This document shows, in pieces, positions 37,241-50,534 of a stretch of 64,000 nucleotides of DNA; position 1 is the first letter of the stretch; each line of letters begins with the position of its first letter. The position numbers and the translations under genes were made by a program. The notes beneath the pieces were generated by a model. It saw only the letters and a list, made by a program, of their open reading frames with translations, made no database searches and was not told the origin of the DNA. Source of the stretch: Haliotis cracherodii (lineage: Eukaryota). The stretch covers positions 69,688,001-69,752,000 of the forward strand of contig NW_027266319.1 in the NCBI RefSeq assembly GCF_022045235.1, in the 5' to 3' direction.

Positions 37241-38380
37241 ATGGGTTGATCTGGCAAATTAACTCTATATCATGGTCTGCGAGACCCATTAGGGTTCTAG
37301 GGAATTTGCCATTCAGTTGTACTAAACAACCCGAGCACTATTGATCTGCATCAGCAATTGCTGGTTCGGTTTCCAAATCTTGGCGATAATGACGTAATAG
37401 TCCCGGGGAGTGCTCGCCCAGTCTTTACAACCAGTTTGCATTCATCCGACACCAAAGGGGCGGTTGTTGGGAACTTAAGTCATTCAGTTGTAAAGATAAG
37501 TGGTGATGAGGTAATGTCTACAGACGACTCAGTGTTGCAGGGATCTCTGCAGCCCCGACAGTGACCGCACATGTATCGTATCGAGGGTGACACAAGCAAT
37601 GGTCTATGATCAGGCACCGCGGCACAGAACGGTTCACAAGGACAAAAGTGATATAAACTTGAAATAACGAGACAATAATCGAAGTAATGAGAAACAACTG
37701 GAAATTTTGAAAAAGTAAACAAATAATTGAAATAACTAGAAATTTCGATTAAAAAATGAATAAGATTATGCCACAAAAGAGTTTTTTCTCGTTACTTTCG
37801 TTATTTTCTCATAAATCAAGGTTATTTAAAAAAACCTCGAAATTCCGAGAAAATAATCAAAGTTACGGAAAAAAACGAAATTTTTGAGTTTTTGAAATAG
37901 ACTTAATATAACGAGAAAATATTCGAAATTACGAGTTTTTGATATAAACTTGAAATAACGAGAAAATAATCGAAATCACGAAAATATTATCGAACAAAAG
38001 TGACATGGTAGGGAACATCAAACGACATGTGCCGCCAAATCGATGAAGGATATTAAACTGCTTCCAAGACCCTTTGCATTTTGGTACAGTCTATTCCAGA
38101 AACCCAGTTTATCTACAAACACCATAGTACCAAAGTAGATGTGAACATGAAGGGAGTACCTGACCAGTCACACAGTCAAGGCATGCAGGCATATCAACAA
38201 TGGGATGAGGTGAAACAGCTACCAGCTTTAAAGCTTCATCCCTATGTTTCTATGATCGTCAAAGACCTGGTTCCAGCAGATATCTCACAAGCCGATTTTC
38301 TAACTTCAAAGTACAACAGATGGTGGTCAGTTATATGTTAACAACCCAGAAGTCATGTGACGATGGGCGTAACCATACCG
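37241..38380 (+). pseudogene. Degenerate Polinton/Maverick (adintovirus-like) major capsid protein gene fragment; candidate endogenous viral element
   Basis: Collinear blocks LRDPLG..HSVVLNNPSTIDLHQQLLVRFPNLGDNDVIVPGSAR..KISGDEVMSTDDS / AMVYDQAPRHRTVHKDKSD / KVDVNMKGVPDQSHSQGMQAYQQWDEVK...KDL..ADISQADFLTSKY match, from memory, capsid-like proteins of invertebrate Polinton-type elements. Not verified by a search. Confidence 0.6.
37652..37993. mobile_element. AT-rich repeat insertion with a 10-bp flanking duplication, inside the capsid-like ORF
   Basis: ACAAAAGTGA at 37642-37651 and 37994-38003; internal AAATAACGAGAAAATAATCGAAAT repeats in both orientations. Confidence 0.75.
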
Positions 38381-38409
38381 ACTTGTAGTCAACCTATTTT
38401 ACCGCAACA

Positions 38410-38548
38410 TTTGTTTGTTTTTTGCTTAACGTAACACTCTGCAATATTCCAGCTATATGACGGCGGTCTGTAAATAATTGAGTCTGATAACTGAATCCAG
38501 TGATTGACATCATGAGCATCGATGCACGCAAGTGGGATACGATGACAC
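38410..38548 (-). mobile_element. V-SINE/RUDI-like SINE, 3' half
   Basis: GCAATATTCCAGCTATATGACGGCGGTCTGTAA is the reverse complement of 34728-34760. Confidence 0.85.
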
Positions 38549-38549
38549 A

Positions 38550-38550
<1 letters not shown>

Positions 38551-38598
<48 letters not shown>
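38551..38598. repeat. (TG)24 microsatellite
   Basis: Read directly. Confidence 0.98.
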
Positions 38599-38600
<2 letters not shown>

Positions 38601-38617
38601 TGGTCGGGACCAATGCC

Positions 38618-38765
38618 GGTTTTATAATGCTAGCTCACCGAGAGTTCAGTAGCGGTTCAATATAGATGCCCCACTCAGGCACAGTACACTGACACCGAGT
38701 CAACCCGTGCTTGTTCTAGTCCCTTAATGCCGAGCGCCAGGCAGGATAGCAGCCAGTTATAATTG
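38618..38765 (-). mobile_element. MetaSINE-like core fragment
   Basis: TGCTAGCTCAC..CCCACTCAGGCACAGTA..CCGAG..CACC/CGCCAGGCAGG blocks are shared with 60575-60710; the family name is from recall. Confidence 0.55.
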
Positions 38766-39764
38766 ATCATTCCGGATAATATTGAATTATAATAATAAGA
38801 ATAACATCATTTTGTGTTTTGGTATGAAATACCTCCATCTGTCCATTGAGTGTAACCCAGGTCTGCAGATTCCACACCGATGTCTGTGATAAGTTAGTGC
38901 GAGTGCGGGACGATGGTCAAGCTGTCCCTGGGTCGTGTCCAGCCCGATCACTGTGACAGACTACTGGACTTCAGTAGACTCCTGACGCACGTGACCACTA
39001 TCATAATCCCGTCTATTGAACACACAAAGAGATCCAATCCGATCTTGTCGCGGATTTCAAGCAGAGACTACCGAGTGCAGGGGTTGTCAGATATTACCTA
39101 TCACTTGCCAATAGCTAATGACAGGAGATAAATATAATCAATTCGTTGGAGACCACGAAACTAGTTGAGTGGTGTGACCCCCACAAAGCCGCTGCCGTCA
39201 GCACAAAAGGGCTCCGCCATCTCGCGCTAACCGGCCCCGATCACGTAAGCTCATAATTCAGGCTCACAACAATAGCGAAGCCTTTTTTCCAAATCTAATG
39301 ATAACAAACATTCAACGAGTAAATATTTTTCTTACAAAATTAGGAACCACCAACCAGGTTGGAAACACGGGCCATGAGAAGGAGTAGATTTCGGATGACA
39401 AGACGAAATACTGGCAGTGGAAAAATGAAGCCATCTTTTATATAGGGCTTCACGCTTGTCTCCTCCCATAAGGCTGTGGACTGCCTAATCCCTATTCGCC
39501 TCCTACCTCGAGAAATTAATAAGGACTGCTTACTGCTGCCGGTATTGCGGGGACTTCCGCTTCACTGAATCCAAAGAATGGGATTATTCCCAGCGTGAAC
39601 TGACTCGTTCGTTACGTTTGTGGAAAACTGCGGGTGTAACGTTCAACAGTGTCAGAGGAGTTATCCCCCTTTACCTAAAGGGTCCACTCAGACAAGGTGG
39701 TAAGGCTGCTGCATTTGTGTGATTCGCCTACTTGCGTATTGATTTGTTCAGGCCAGGTGTCCCG

Positions 39765-40620
39765 AGATTTTCCAACAGGAGTCCCAGAGTTTCCCAAAAG
39801 GAGTCACAGAGCTTCCCAACAGGAGTCTCAGAGTTTCCCAACAGGAGTCCCAGAGTTTCCCAAAAGAAGTCCCAGAGCTTCCCAACAGGAGTCACAGAGT
39901 TTCCCAAAAGGAGTCACAGAGCTTCCCAACAGGAGTCTCAGAGTTTCCCAACAGGAGTCTCAGAGTTTCCCAACAGGAGTCCCAGAGTTTCCCAAAAGAA
40001 GTCCAAGAGTTTCCCAACAGGAGCCAGGACGTTTCCCAACAGGAGTCCCAGAGTTTCCCAAAAGAAGTCCCAGAGTTTCCCAACAGGAGGCCCAGAGTTT
40101 CCCAACAGGAGGCCCAGAGTTTCCCAACAGGAGCCAGGACGTTTCCCAACAGGAGTCCCAGAGTTTCCCAAAAGAAGTCCCAGAGTTTCCCAAAAGAAGT
40201 CCCAGAGCTTCCCAACGGGAGTCACAGAGTTTCCCAACAGGAGGCCCAGAGTTTCCCAACAGGAGCCAGGACGTTTCCCAACAGGAGTCCCAGAGTTTCC
40301 CAAAAGAAGTCCCAGAGTTTCCCAAAAGAAGTCCCAGAGCTTCCCAACAGGAGTCACAGAGTTTCCCAAAAGGAGTCACAGAGCTTCCCAACAGGAGTCT
40401 CAGAGTTTCCCAACAGGAGTCTCAGAGTTTCCCAACAGGAGTCCCAGAGGTTCCCAAAAGAAGTCCCAGAGTTTCCCAACAGGAGCCAGGACGTTTCCCA
40501 ACAGGAGTCCCAGAGTTTCCTAAAAGAAGTCCCAGAGTTTCCCAACAGGAGCCAGGACGTTTCCCAACAGGAGTGCCAGAGTTTCCCAACAGGAGTCCCA
40601 GAGTTTCCCAACAGGAGTCG
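39765..40620. repeat. Minisatellite, 22-bp unit GGAGTCCCAGAGTTTCCCAACA
   Basis: Read directly; ORFs open in many frames with 22-aa periodicity. Confidence 0.96.
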
Positions 40621-40799
40621 AGGAGTTCCCGCAGGGAATTTCTGGACAAACAGAATAGATCGGAGAAGAACTGAATAGAATTATCTCGTTTCTCTCCCCA
40701 ACCACACATCCTTCATAATGTGCAAGGAGACAAAGATCAAATAGCAATTATTCAACATCAACTCCCAAACAAGTGTGTTACACATCAACAGAAAAGACG

Positions 40800-43700
40800 C
40801 CACTACATACGACACTAGATCACATCCACTACATACAACACTACATCACATTCACTATACACAACACTACATAAGATACACTACACAACATTACATCACA
40901 TTCACTACACACAACACTACATCACATCCACTACACAACACTACATCACATTCACTACACAACATTACATCACACCCACTACATACAACACTACATCGCA
41001 TCCACTACACACAACATTACATCACATTCACTACATACAACACTACATCACATTCACTACACAACATTACATCACACCCACTACATACAACACTACATCA
41101 CATCCAATACACAATACTACATCACATTCACTACACACAACACTACATCACATCCACTACACAACACTATATCACATCCACTACACACAACACTACATCG
41201 TATTCACTATTCACAACACTACATCACATCCACTACACAACACTACATCACATCCACTACACACAACACTACATCACACCCACTAAACACAACACTACAT
41301 CACATCCACTACACACAACACTACATCACATCCACTACACACAACACTACATCACATCCACTACACAACACTACATCACATTCACTACACACAACTCTAC
41401 ATCACATTCACTACACACAACACTACATCACATCCACTACACACAACACTACATCACACCCACTACACACAACACTACATCACATTCACTAAACACAACA
41501 CTACATCACTTCCACTACACAACACTACATCACATCCACTACACACAACACTACATCACACCCACTACACACAACACTACATCACATCCACTACACACAA
41601 CACTACATCACATTCACTACACACAACACTACATCACATCCACTACACACAACACTACATCACATCCACTACACACAACACTACATCACATTCACTACAC
41701 ACAACACTACATCACATTCACTACAAACAACACTACATCACATCCACTACACACAACACTACATCACATCCACTACACACAACACTACATCACATTCACT
41801 ACACACAACACTACATCACATCCACTACACACAACACTACATCACATTCACTAAACACAACACTACATCACATCCACTATACACAACACTACATCACATC
41901 CACTACACACAACACTACATCACATCCACTACACAACACTACATCACATCCACTACATACAACACTACATCACATCCACTACACACAACACTACATCGCA
42001 TTCACTACACACAACACTACATCACATTCACTACACACAACACTAAATCACATTCACTACACACAACACTACATCACATTCACTATACACAACACTACAT
42101 CACATCAACTACACAAAATTACATCACATCCACTACACAACACTACATCACATCCACTACATACAACACTACATCACACCCACTACACACAACACTACAT
42201 CACATTCAATACACAACACTACATCACATTCACTACACAACACTACATCACATTCACTACACAACACTATATCACATTCACTATACACAACACTACATCA
42301 CTTCCACTACACAACACTACATCACTTCCACTACACAACATTACATCACATCCACTACACAACACTACATCACATTCACTACACACAACACTGCATCACA
42401 TCCACTACACAACACTACATCACATTCACTACATACAACACTACATCACTTCCACTACACAACATTACATCACATTCACTACATACAACACTACATCACT
42501 TCCACTACACAACACTACATCACATCCACTACACAACACTACATCACATCCACTACACACAACACTACATCACATTCACTACACAACACTACATCACATT
42601 CACTACACACAACACTGCATCACATCCACTACACACAACACTACATCACATCCACTACACAACACTACATCACATTCACTACATAGAACACTACATCACT
42701 TCCACTACACAACACTACATCACATCCACTACACAACACTACATCACATCCACTACACACAACACTACATCACATTCACTACACAACACTACATCACATC
42801 CACTACACACAACACTACATCACTTCCACTACACAACACTACATCACTTCAACTACACAACATTACATCACATCCACTACACAACACTACATCACATTCA
42901 CTACACACAACACTGCATCACATCCACTACACACAACACTGCATCACATCCACTACACAACACTACATCACATTCACTACATACAACACTACATCACTTC
43001 CACTACACACAACACTGCATCACATCCACTACACAACATTACATCACATTCACTACATACAACACTACATCACTTCCACTACACAACACTACATCACATC
43101 CACTACACAACACTACATCACATCCACTACACACAACACTACATCACATTCACTACACAACACTACATCACATCCACTACACACAACACTACATCACTTC
43201 CACTACACAACACTACATCACTTCCACTACACAACATTACATCACATCCACTACACAACACTACATCACATTCACTACACACAACACTGCATCACATCCA
43301 CTACACATAACACTGCATCACATCCACTACACAACACTACATCACATTCACTACATACAACACTACATCACTTCCACTACACAACACTACATCACATCCA
43401 CTACACAACACTACATCACATTCACTACACACAACACTGCATCACATCCACTACACAACACTATATCACATTCACTACACACAACACTACATCACACCCA
43501 CTACACACAACACTACATCACATTCACTAAACACAACACTACATCACATTCACTACATACAACACTACATCACATCCACTACACACAACACTACATCACA
43601 TTCACTAAACACAACACTACATCACATTCACTACACATAACACTGCATCACATCCACTACACACAACACTACATCACATTCACTACATACAACACTATAT

Positions 43701-44055
43701 CACTTCCACTACACAACACTACATCACATCCACTACACAACACTACATCACATTCACTACACACAACACTGCATCACATCCACTACACAACACTAAAACA
43801 CATTCACTACACACAACACTACATCACACCCACTACACACAACACTACATCACATTCACTAAACACAACACTACATCACATTCACTAAACACAACACTAC
43901 ATCACATCCACTACACACAACACTACATCACATTCACTATACACAACACTACATCACATCCACTACACAACACTACATCACATTCACTATACACAACACT
44001 ACCTCACATTCACTATACACAACACTGCTTCACATCCACTACACAATACTGCATG
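40800..44055. repeat. C/A-rich minisatellite, 24/26-bp unit CACTACAC(AC)AACACTACATCACATY
   Basis: About 130 copies; the plus strand is almost free of G. Confidence 0.97.
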
Positions 44056-44319
44056 ACACCATATATAAGGAAGCACAGTTTTGCTATCAACGGCTTGTAG
44101 AAATAACAACATTACTGTAGGAAAAGCTAAACAAAGCACGGTATTGCTAGAAGCGGCAGGTCAAATAAGCACACTAGTGCAGACACACACTATTGCTAGA
44201 AGAGCACGTAAAATGACACGCTGTAGTATTGGAATCGGGAGCTTGGCTGACGTTGAGACAGGAAGAGGCAGAGGAAGCTGGGTACACATGAGGGTTTGTG
44301 TACTCGTCGTTGTGGAGGT

Positions 44320-45270
44320 AGTTGTGGGTGTAGGTGTGGGTGTAGATGTGGGTGGATGCAGATGTGGGCGTAGATGTGGATGGGTGTAGATGTGGGTGGG
44401 TGTAGATATGGGTATAGGTAGATGTGGGTGTGTGTAGATGTGGGTAGAGGTAGATGTGGGTGTGTGTAGATGTGGGTAGAGGTAGATGTGGGTGTGTATA
44501 GATGTGGGTGGGTGTAGTTGTGGAGGTAGGTGTGGGTGTAGATATGGGTGGATGCAGATGTGGGCGCAGATGTGGATGGGTGTAGATGTGGGTGGGTGTA
44601 GATGTGGGTAGAGGTAGATGTGGGTGTGTGTAGATGTGGGTAGAGGTAGATGTGGGTGTGTGTAGATGTGGGCAGAGGTAGATGTGGGTGTGTGTAGATG
44701 TGGTTGGGTGTAGTTGTGGAGGTAGCTGTGGGTGGGTGTATATGTGGGTGTGTGTAGATGTGGGTGTGTGTAAATGTGGGGTGGGTGTGTGTGTGTAGAT
44801 GTGGGTGTGTGTAGATGTGGGTGGGTGTAGTTGTTGGTGGGTGTAGATGTGGGTGGTTGTAGTTGTTTGTGGGTGTAGATGTTGGTGGTGGTAGATGTGG
44901 GTGGATGTAGATGTGGGTGGAGGTAGATGTGGGTGGATGTACATGTAGGTGGAGGTAGATGTGGGTGGAGGTAGATGTGGGTGGTGGTAGATGTGGGTGG
45001 AGGTAGATGTGGGTGGATGTAGATGTGGGTGGAGGTAGATGTAGGTGGAGGTAGATGTGGGTGGGTGTAGATGTGGGTGGAGGTAGATGTGGGTGGTGGT
45101 AGATGTGGGTGGAGGTAGATGTGGGTGGTGGTAGATGTGGGTGGAGGTAGATGTAGGTGGAGGTAGATGTGGGTGGGTGTAGATGTGGGTGGAGGTAGAT
45201 GTGGGTGGTGGTAGATGTGGGTGGTGGTAGATGTGGGTGGAGGTAGATGTGGGTGGATGTAGATGTGGGT
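44320..45270. repeat. G/T-rich minisatellite, ~16-bp unit GTAGATGTGGGTGGAG
   Basis: Read directly; the plus strand is almost free of C. Confidence 0.96.
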
Positions 45271-45694
45271 GAATGTAATTGTGGAGATATATGTTGGAGC
45301 ACCTAAATCCACACCTACCCACATCTACGCCCATCCTCACCCTACATCCACAGACACCTACCTATGTCTTCTGCGCCGACGTCCTGGTGACGAGACAGCT
45401 GACCAGGGTAGGTGGTGTCAGTTACATGGTCCGGGTCTCCAACAATAACGACTATGTTGATAACCTGTAAAACATCGGTTCAGACATTCATATAGCTGTT
45501 TGTCTATTCATGAATGTTTGTCAAAACGTTTCCTGACTACACGAAAGTGTAGAAAACCACTCGAGAGCGGCCCAACACTTATAGGTGTTGACAGGAGAAC
45601 TTGAAATGATGAAATACAACCCTCTAGGAATGCTTGATTCTGCCAAACACGAGTCCCTGCTTTCACCTGTACCCTATCTCTGTTACCCAAGACC

Positions 45695-46213
45695 AACCGC
45701 CACAGTCCTTGTATCACACAGCCCCACCACCACAGTCCTTGTCCTGTGTAACACAGCCCTACCACCACAGTCTCTCTCCTGTATCACACAGTCCCACCAC
45801 CACAGTCCTTGTCCTGTATCACACAGTCCCACCACCACAGTCCTTGTATCACACAGTCCCACCACCACAGTCCATGTCCTGTATCACACAGCCCCACCAC
45901 CACTGTACTTATCTTGTATCACACAGCCCTACCACCACAGTCCTTGTATCACACCGCCCTACCACCACAGTCCTTGTCCTGTATCACACAGTCCCACCAC
46001 CACAGTCCTTGTCCTGTATCACACAGTCCTACCACCGCAGTCCTTGTATCACACAGTCCCAACCACCACAGTCCTTGTCTTTTATCACACAGCCCCACCA
46101 CCACAGTCCTTGTCCTCTATTACACAGCCCCACCACCACAGTCCTTGTCCTGTATCACACAGTCCCACCACCACAGTCCTTGTCCTGTATCACACAGCCC
46201 ACCACCACAGTCC
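45695..46213. repeat. Minisatellite, 30/35-bp unit CCACCACCACAGTCCTT(GTCCT)GTATCACACAGTC
   Basis: Read directly. Confidence 0.95.
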
Positions 46214-46219
46214 TAAAAG

Positions 46220-48375
46220 CGGGGCTGTACATCTATATACTCTCTGTACTGGGCTGTACATCTATATACTCTCTGTACTGGGCTGTACATCTATATACTC
46301 TCTGTACTGGGCTGTACATCTATACACTCTCTGTACTGGGCTGTACATCTATATACTCTCTGTACTGGGGCTGTACATCTATACACTCTCTGTACTGGGG
46401 CTGTACATCCATACACACTCTGTACTGGGCTGTACATCTATACACTCTGTGTACTGGGGCTGTACATCCATATACTCTCTGTACTGGGGCAGTACATCTA
46501 TATACTCTCTGTACCGGGGCTGTACATCTATACACTCTCTGTACTGGGGCTGTACATCTATACACTCTCTGTACTAGGGCTGAACATCTATATACTCTCT
46601 GTACTGGGGCTGTACATCTATACACTCTCTGAACTGGGGCTGTACATCTATACACTCTCTGTACTGGGGCTGTACATCTATACACTCTCTGTACTGGGGT
46701 GTACATCTATATACTCTCTGTACTGGGCTGTACAACTATACACTCTCTGTACTAGGGCTGTACATCTATATACTCTCTGTACTTGGACTGTACATCTATA
46801 TACTCTCTGTACTGGGGCTGTACAACTATACACTCTCTGTACTGGGACTGTACATCTATACACTCTCTGTACTGGGGCTGTACATCTATACATTCTCTGT
46901 ACTGGGGCTGTACATCTATACACTCTCTGTACTGGGGCCGTACATCTATACACTCTGTGTACTGGGGCTGTACATCTATACACTCTCTGTACTGGGGCTG
47001 TACATCTATACACTCTCTGTACCGGGGCTGTACATCTATACACTCTCTGTACTGGGCTGTACATCTATACACTCTCTGTACTGGGGCTGTACATCTATAC
47101 ACTCTCTGTACTGGGGCCGTACATCTATACACTCTCTATACTGGGCTGTACATCTATACACTCTCTATACTGGGCTGTACATCTATACACTCTCTATACT
47201 GGGCTGTACATCTATACACTCTCTGTACTGGGCTGTACATCTATACACTCTGTGTACTGGGCTGTACATCTATACACTCTGTGTACTGGGGCTGTACATC
47301 TATACATTCTCTATACTGGGCTGTACATCTATACACTCTCTGTACTGGGGCAGTACATCTATACATTCTCTGTACTGGGGTGTACATCTATACACTCTCT
47401 GTACTGGGCTGTACATCTATACACTCTCTATACTGGGCTGTACATCTATACACTCTCTGTACTGGGGCTGTACATCTATACACTCTCTGTACTGGTGTGT
47501 ACATCTATACACTCTCTGTACTGGGGTGTACATCTATACACTCTCTGTACTGGGGCTGTACATCTATACACTCTCTGTACTGGGGCAGTACATCTATACA
47601 CTCTCTGTACTGGGGCTTTACATCTATACACTCTCTGTACTGGGGCTTTACATCTATACACTCTCTGTACTGGGGCTGTACATCTATACACTCTCTGTAC
47701 TGGGGCTGTACATCTATACATTCTCTGTACTGGGGCTGTACATCTATACATTCTCTGTACTGGGGCTGTACATCTATACACTCTCTGTACTGGGGCTGTA
47801 CATCTATACACTCTCTGAACTGGGGATGTACATCTATATACTCTCTGTACTGGGCTGTACATCTATACACTCTCTGTACTGGGCTGTACATCTATACACT
47901 CTCTGTACTGGGGCAGTACATCTATACACTCTCTGTACTGGGGCTGTACATCTATACACTCTCTGGCGTGGTGTGTACATCTATATACTCTCTGTACTGG
48001 GGCTTTACATCTATACACTCTCTGGCGTGGTGTGTACATCTATATACTCTCTGTACTGGGGCTGTACATCTATACACTCTCTGGCGTGGTGTGTACATCT
48101 ATATACTCTCTGTACTGGGGCTGTACATCTATACACTCTCTGGCGTGGTGTGTACATCTATATACTCTCTGTACTGGGGCTGTACATCTATACACTCTCT
48201 GGCGTGGTGTGTACATCTATATACTCTCTGTACTGGGGCTTTACATCTATACACTCTCTGGCGTGGTGTGTACATCTATATACTCTCTGTACTGGGGCTG
48301 TACATCTATACACTCTCTGTACTGGGGCTGTACATCTATACACTCTCTGTACTGGGGCTGTACATTTATATACTA
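46220..48375 (+). repeat. Minisatellite, 29/30-bp unit GGGGCTGTACATCTATACACTCTCTGTACT
   Basis: About 70 copies; late variant CTCTCTGGCGTGGTGTGTAC alternates in 47960-48270. Confidence 0.97.
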
Positions 48376-48381
48376 TCTCTA

Positions 48382-48956
48382 CTAGAGAATGTATAGATGT
48401 ACAGCCCAGTACAGAGAGTATATAGATGTACTGCCCCAGTACAGAGAGTGTATAGATGTACAGCCCCAGTACACAGAGTGTATAGTTGTACAGCCCAGTA
48501 CACAGAGTGTATAGATGTACAGCTGCAGTACAGAGAGTGTATAGATGTACAGCCCAGTACAGAGAGTGTATAGATGTAAAGCCCCAGTACACAGAGCGTA
48601 TAGATGTACAGCCCAGTACAGAGAGTGTATAGATGTAAAGCCCCAGTACAGAGAGTGTATAGATGTACGGCCCCAGTACAGAGAGTGTATAGATGTACAG
48701 CCCCAGTACAGAGAGTGTATAGATGTACAGCCCCAGTACAGAGAGTGTATAGATGTACAGCCCCAGTACACAGAGTGTATAGATGTACAGCCCCAGTACA
48801 GAGAGTGTATAGATGTACAACCCCAGTACAGAGAATGTATAGATGGACGGCCCCAGTACAGAGAGTGTATAGATGTACAGCCCCAGTACAGAGAGTGTAT
48901 AGATGTACAGCCCCAGTACAGAGAGTGTATAGATGTACGGCCCTAGAGAATGTATA
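48382..48956 (-). repeat. Same 29/30-bp minisatellite in inverted orientation
   Basis: AGTACAGAGAGTGTATAGATGTACAGCCCC is the exact reverse complement of the upstream unit. Confidence 0.97.
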
Positions 48957-50534
48957 ACGCACAAATATCTGCACAGTGTTGACAATGACAGCGTTATCAC
49001 CGCGGGTAAGATGTCTCCCCATCCTCCTTCAGGGCGCACGTTGACGGGGACGGCTGTGGCCCGGAGCGTGATTGACAGTTCGTGTGCAGCATGTGTGACA
49101 TGTACAAGACTGATTTCTGTACACGAAGGACGAGCGACCAGGTCATGTGGCAGTATATTCAGAACAAACCAATATATAAAACATAAACCTTGTCCCGGGA
49201 GAGAAATAATTGTAGTTCCTGATTTATGTTTGTTACAACCGCTGGTCCATGTTTGCGTTCTATTCTGTATTTAACGTATTACTTTAACAACGACATGTGA
49301 TGTATGGCGTGATATGATCATTAATGTCCAAGGTGAGATGAGCAGCATGCATTTGATCAATACATACCTGAAATACCTCTAAGTCATATATCATTATATG
49401 AATATGCTTATTTTAAGTTCTATGTAAAGGAAAGGGGGGACAATCTTTTTACACAATAATTATTTTCACTTATAGATGATAAAAGAACGCTTTTGACACC
49501 TCACACAATCGACCGGCGCACTGCGCTACAACAGCCTATGACATTGACTCGTGTCTGATTCATTCTTTCCAAGGTTTTTGTCGTTATTTCTTTGTCAGCT
49601 ACAGTTTGAAATGTCTCTCAGTAAGCGTTATTCTCATTCGTCGAATGTCACACATAAACTTAAAAATGTCAACTATTTCTGCCCTAATATCCAAATGTTA
49701 ACGAAAATAAATAGCATTCCCGCACGTCAATTGCGGCAAGCTAGCAGCAGCGCAGGCCATACTTTAGTCGAGGTTCATAAGTGTTAAGATGACATCATAA
49801 ATCTCCTCCCGTTAATATGATGTTTATTTACCCTCGGTGTATAACATCCGGGGAACCAGCGAGCAGATCCTTCTCTGAATCCAACCTTTCTTTAACATGA
49901 CACTCGACGAAAGTAGAATTAACCTAATCTGCCCAAATATCCCGAAACTGAATTGAAAGCTTTAGTGGGTATTCCGCACACCCTGTTGTCCGAGAAGTAG
50001 AATTGGCGTCCTCTCACAAACTCTCCAGTTTGAAATAGGTTGTAAATCAAGTGTGGGGAGAGAAACACGCGTGGGGTGTAAATGTGTGGGACATTTAGCT
50101 GACGCCGTCAAGTCAATACGCATGGATTTTTCAAAGTGAAATATATGATCAGCTGTTTATGTTCATGTCACTACCAGGATGGTCCATTTCATCCTGGCTG
50201 GTAACACTAGAGGCCACGAGAAATACTAGCGAACCGAGGACGATGGGGGTCCACGCCAGAAGACGCTTCGACTACCTGCTACAAGTTTAGTGAATGTTTT
50301 ATCATTTAGGATCGTCCTGTGTCACAATGTGTTCAATCAGCATGTGCCTGCTTGTGCGTCTCTGCGGGTGAGGCTCTCACGGTCACATCTATACCCTATG
50401 GAAACAGACACGGTCCTAGCAGTACGATCAACTCCCATGATAGCAACATCTGAAACCAAATCCTGGTTACCCAGACACCATGAAGACCGTGACATCGGGG
50501 TTAAGATGATGTGATGATTCCTTGCAATGATGGT

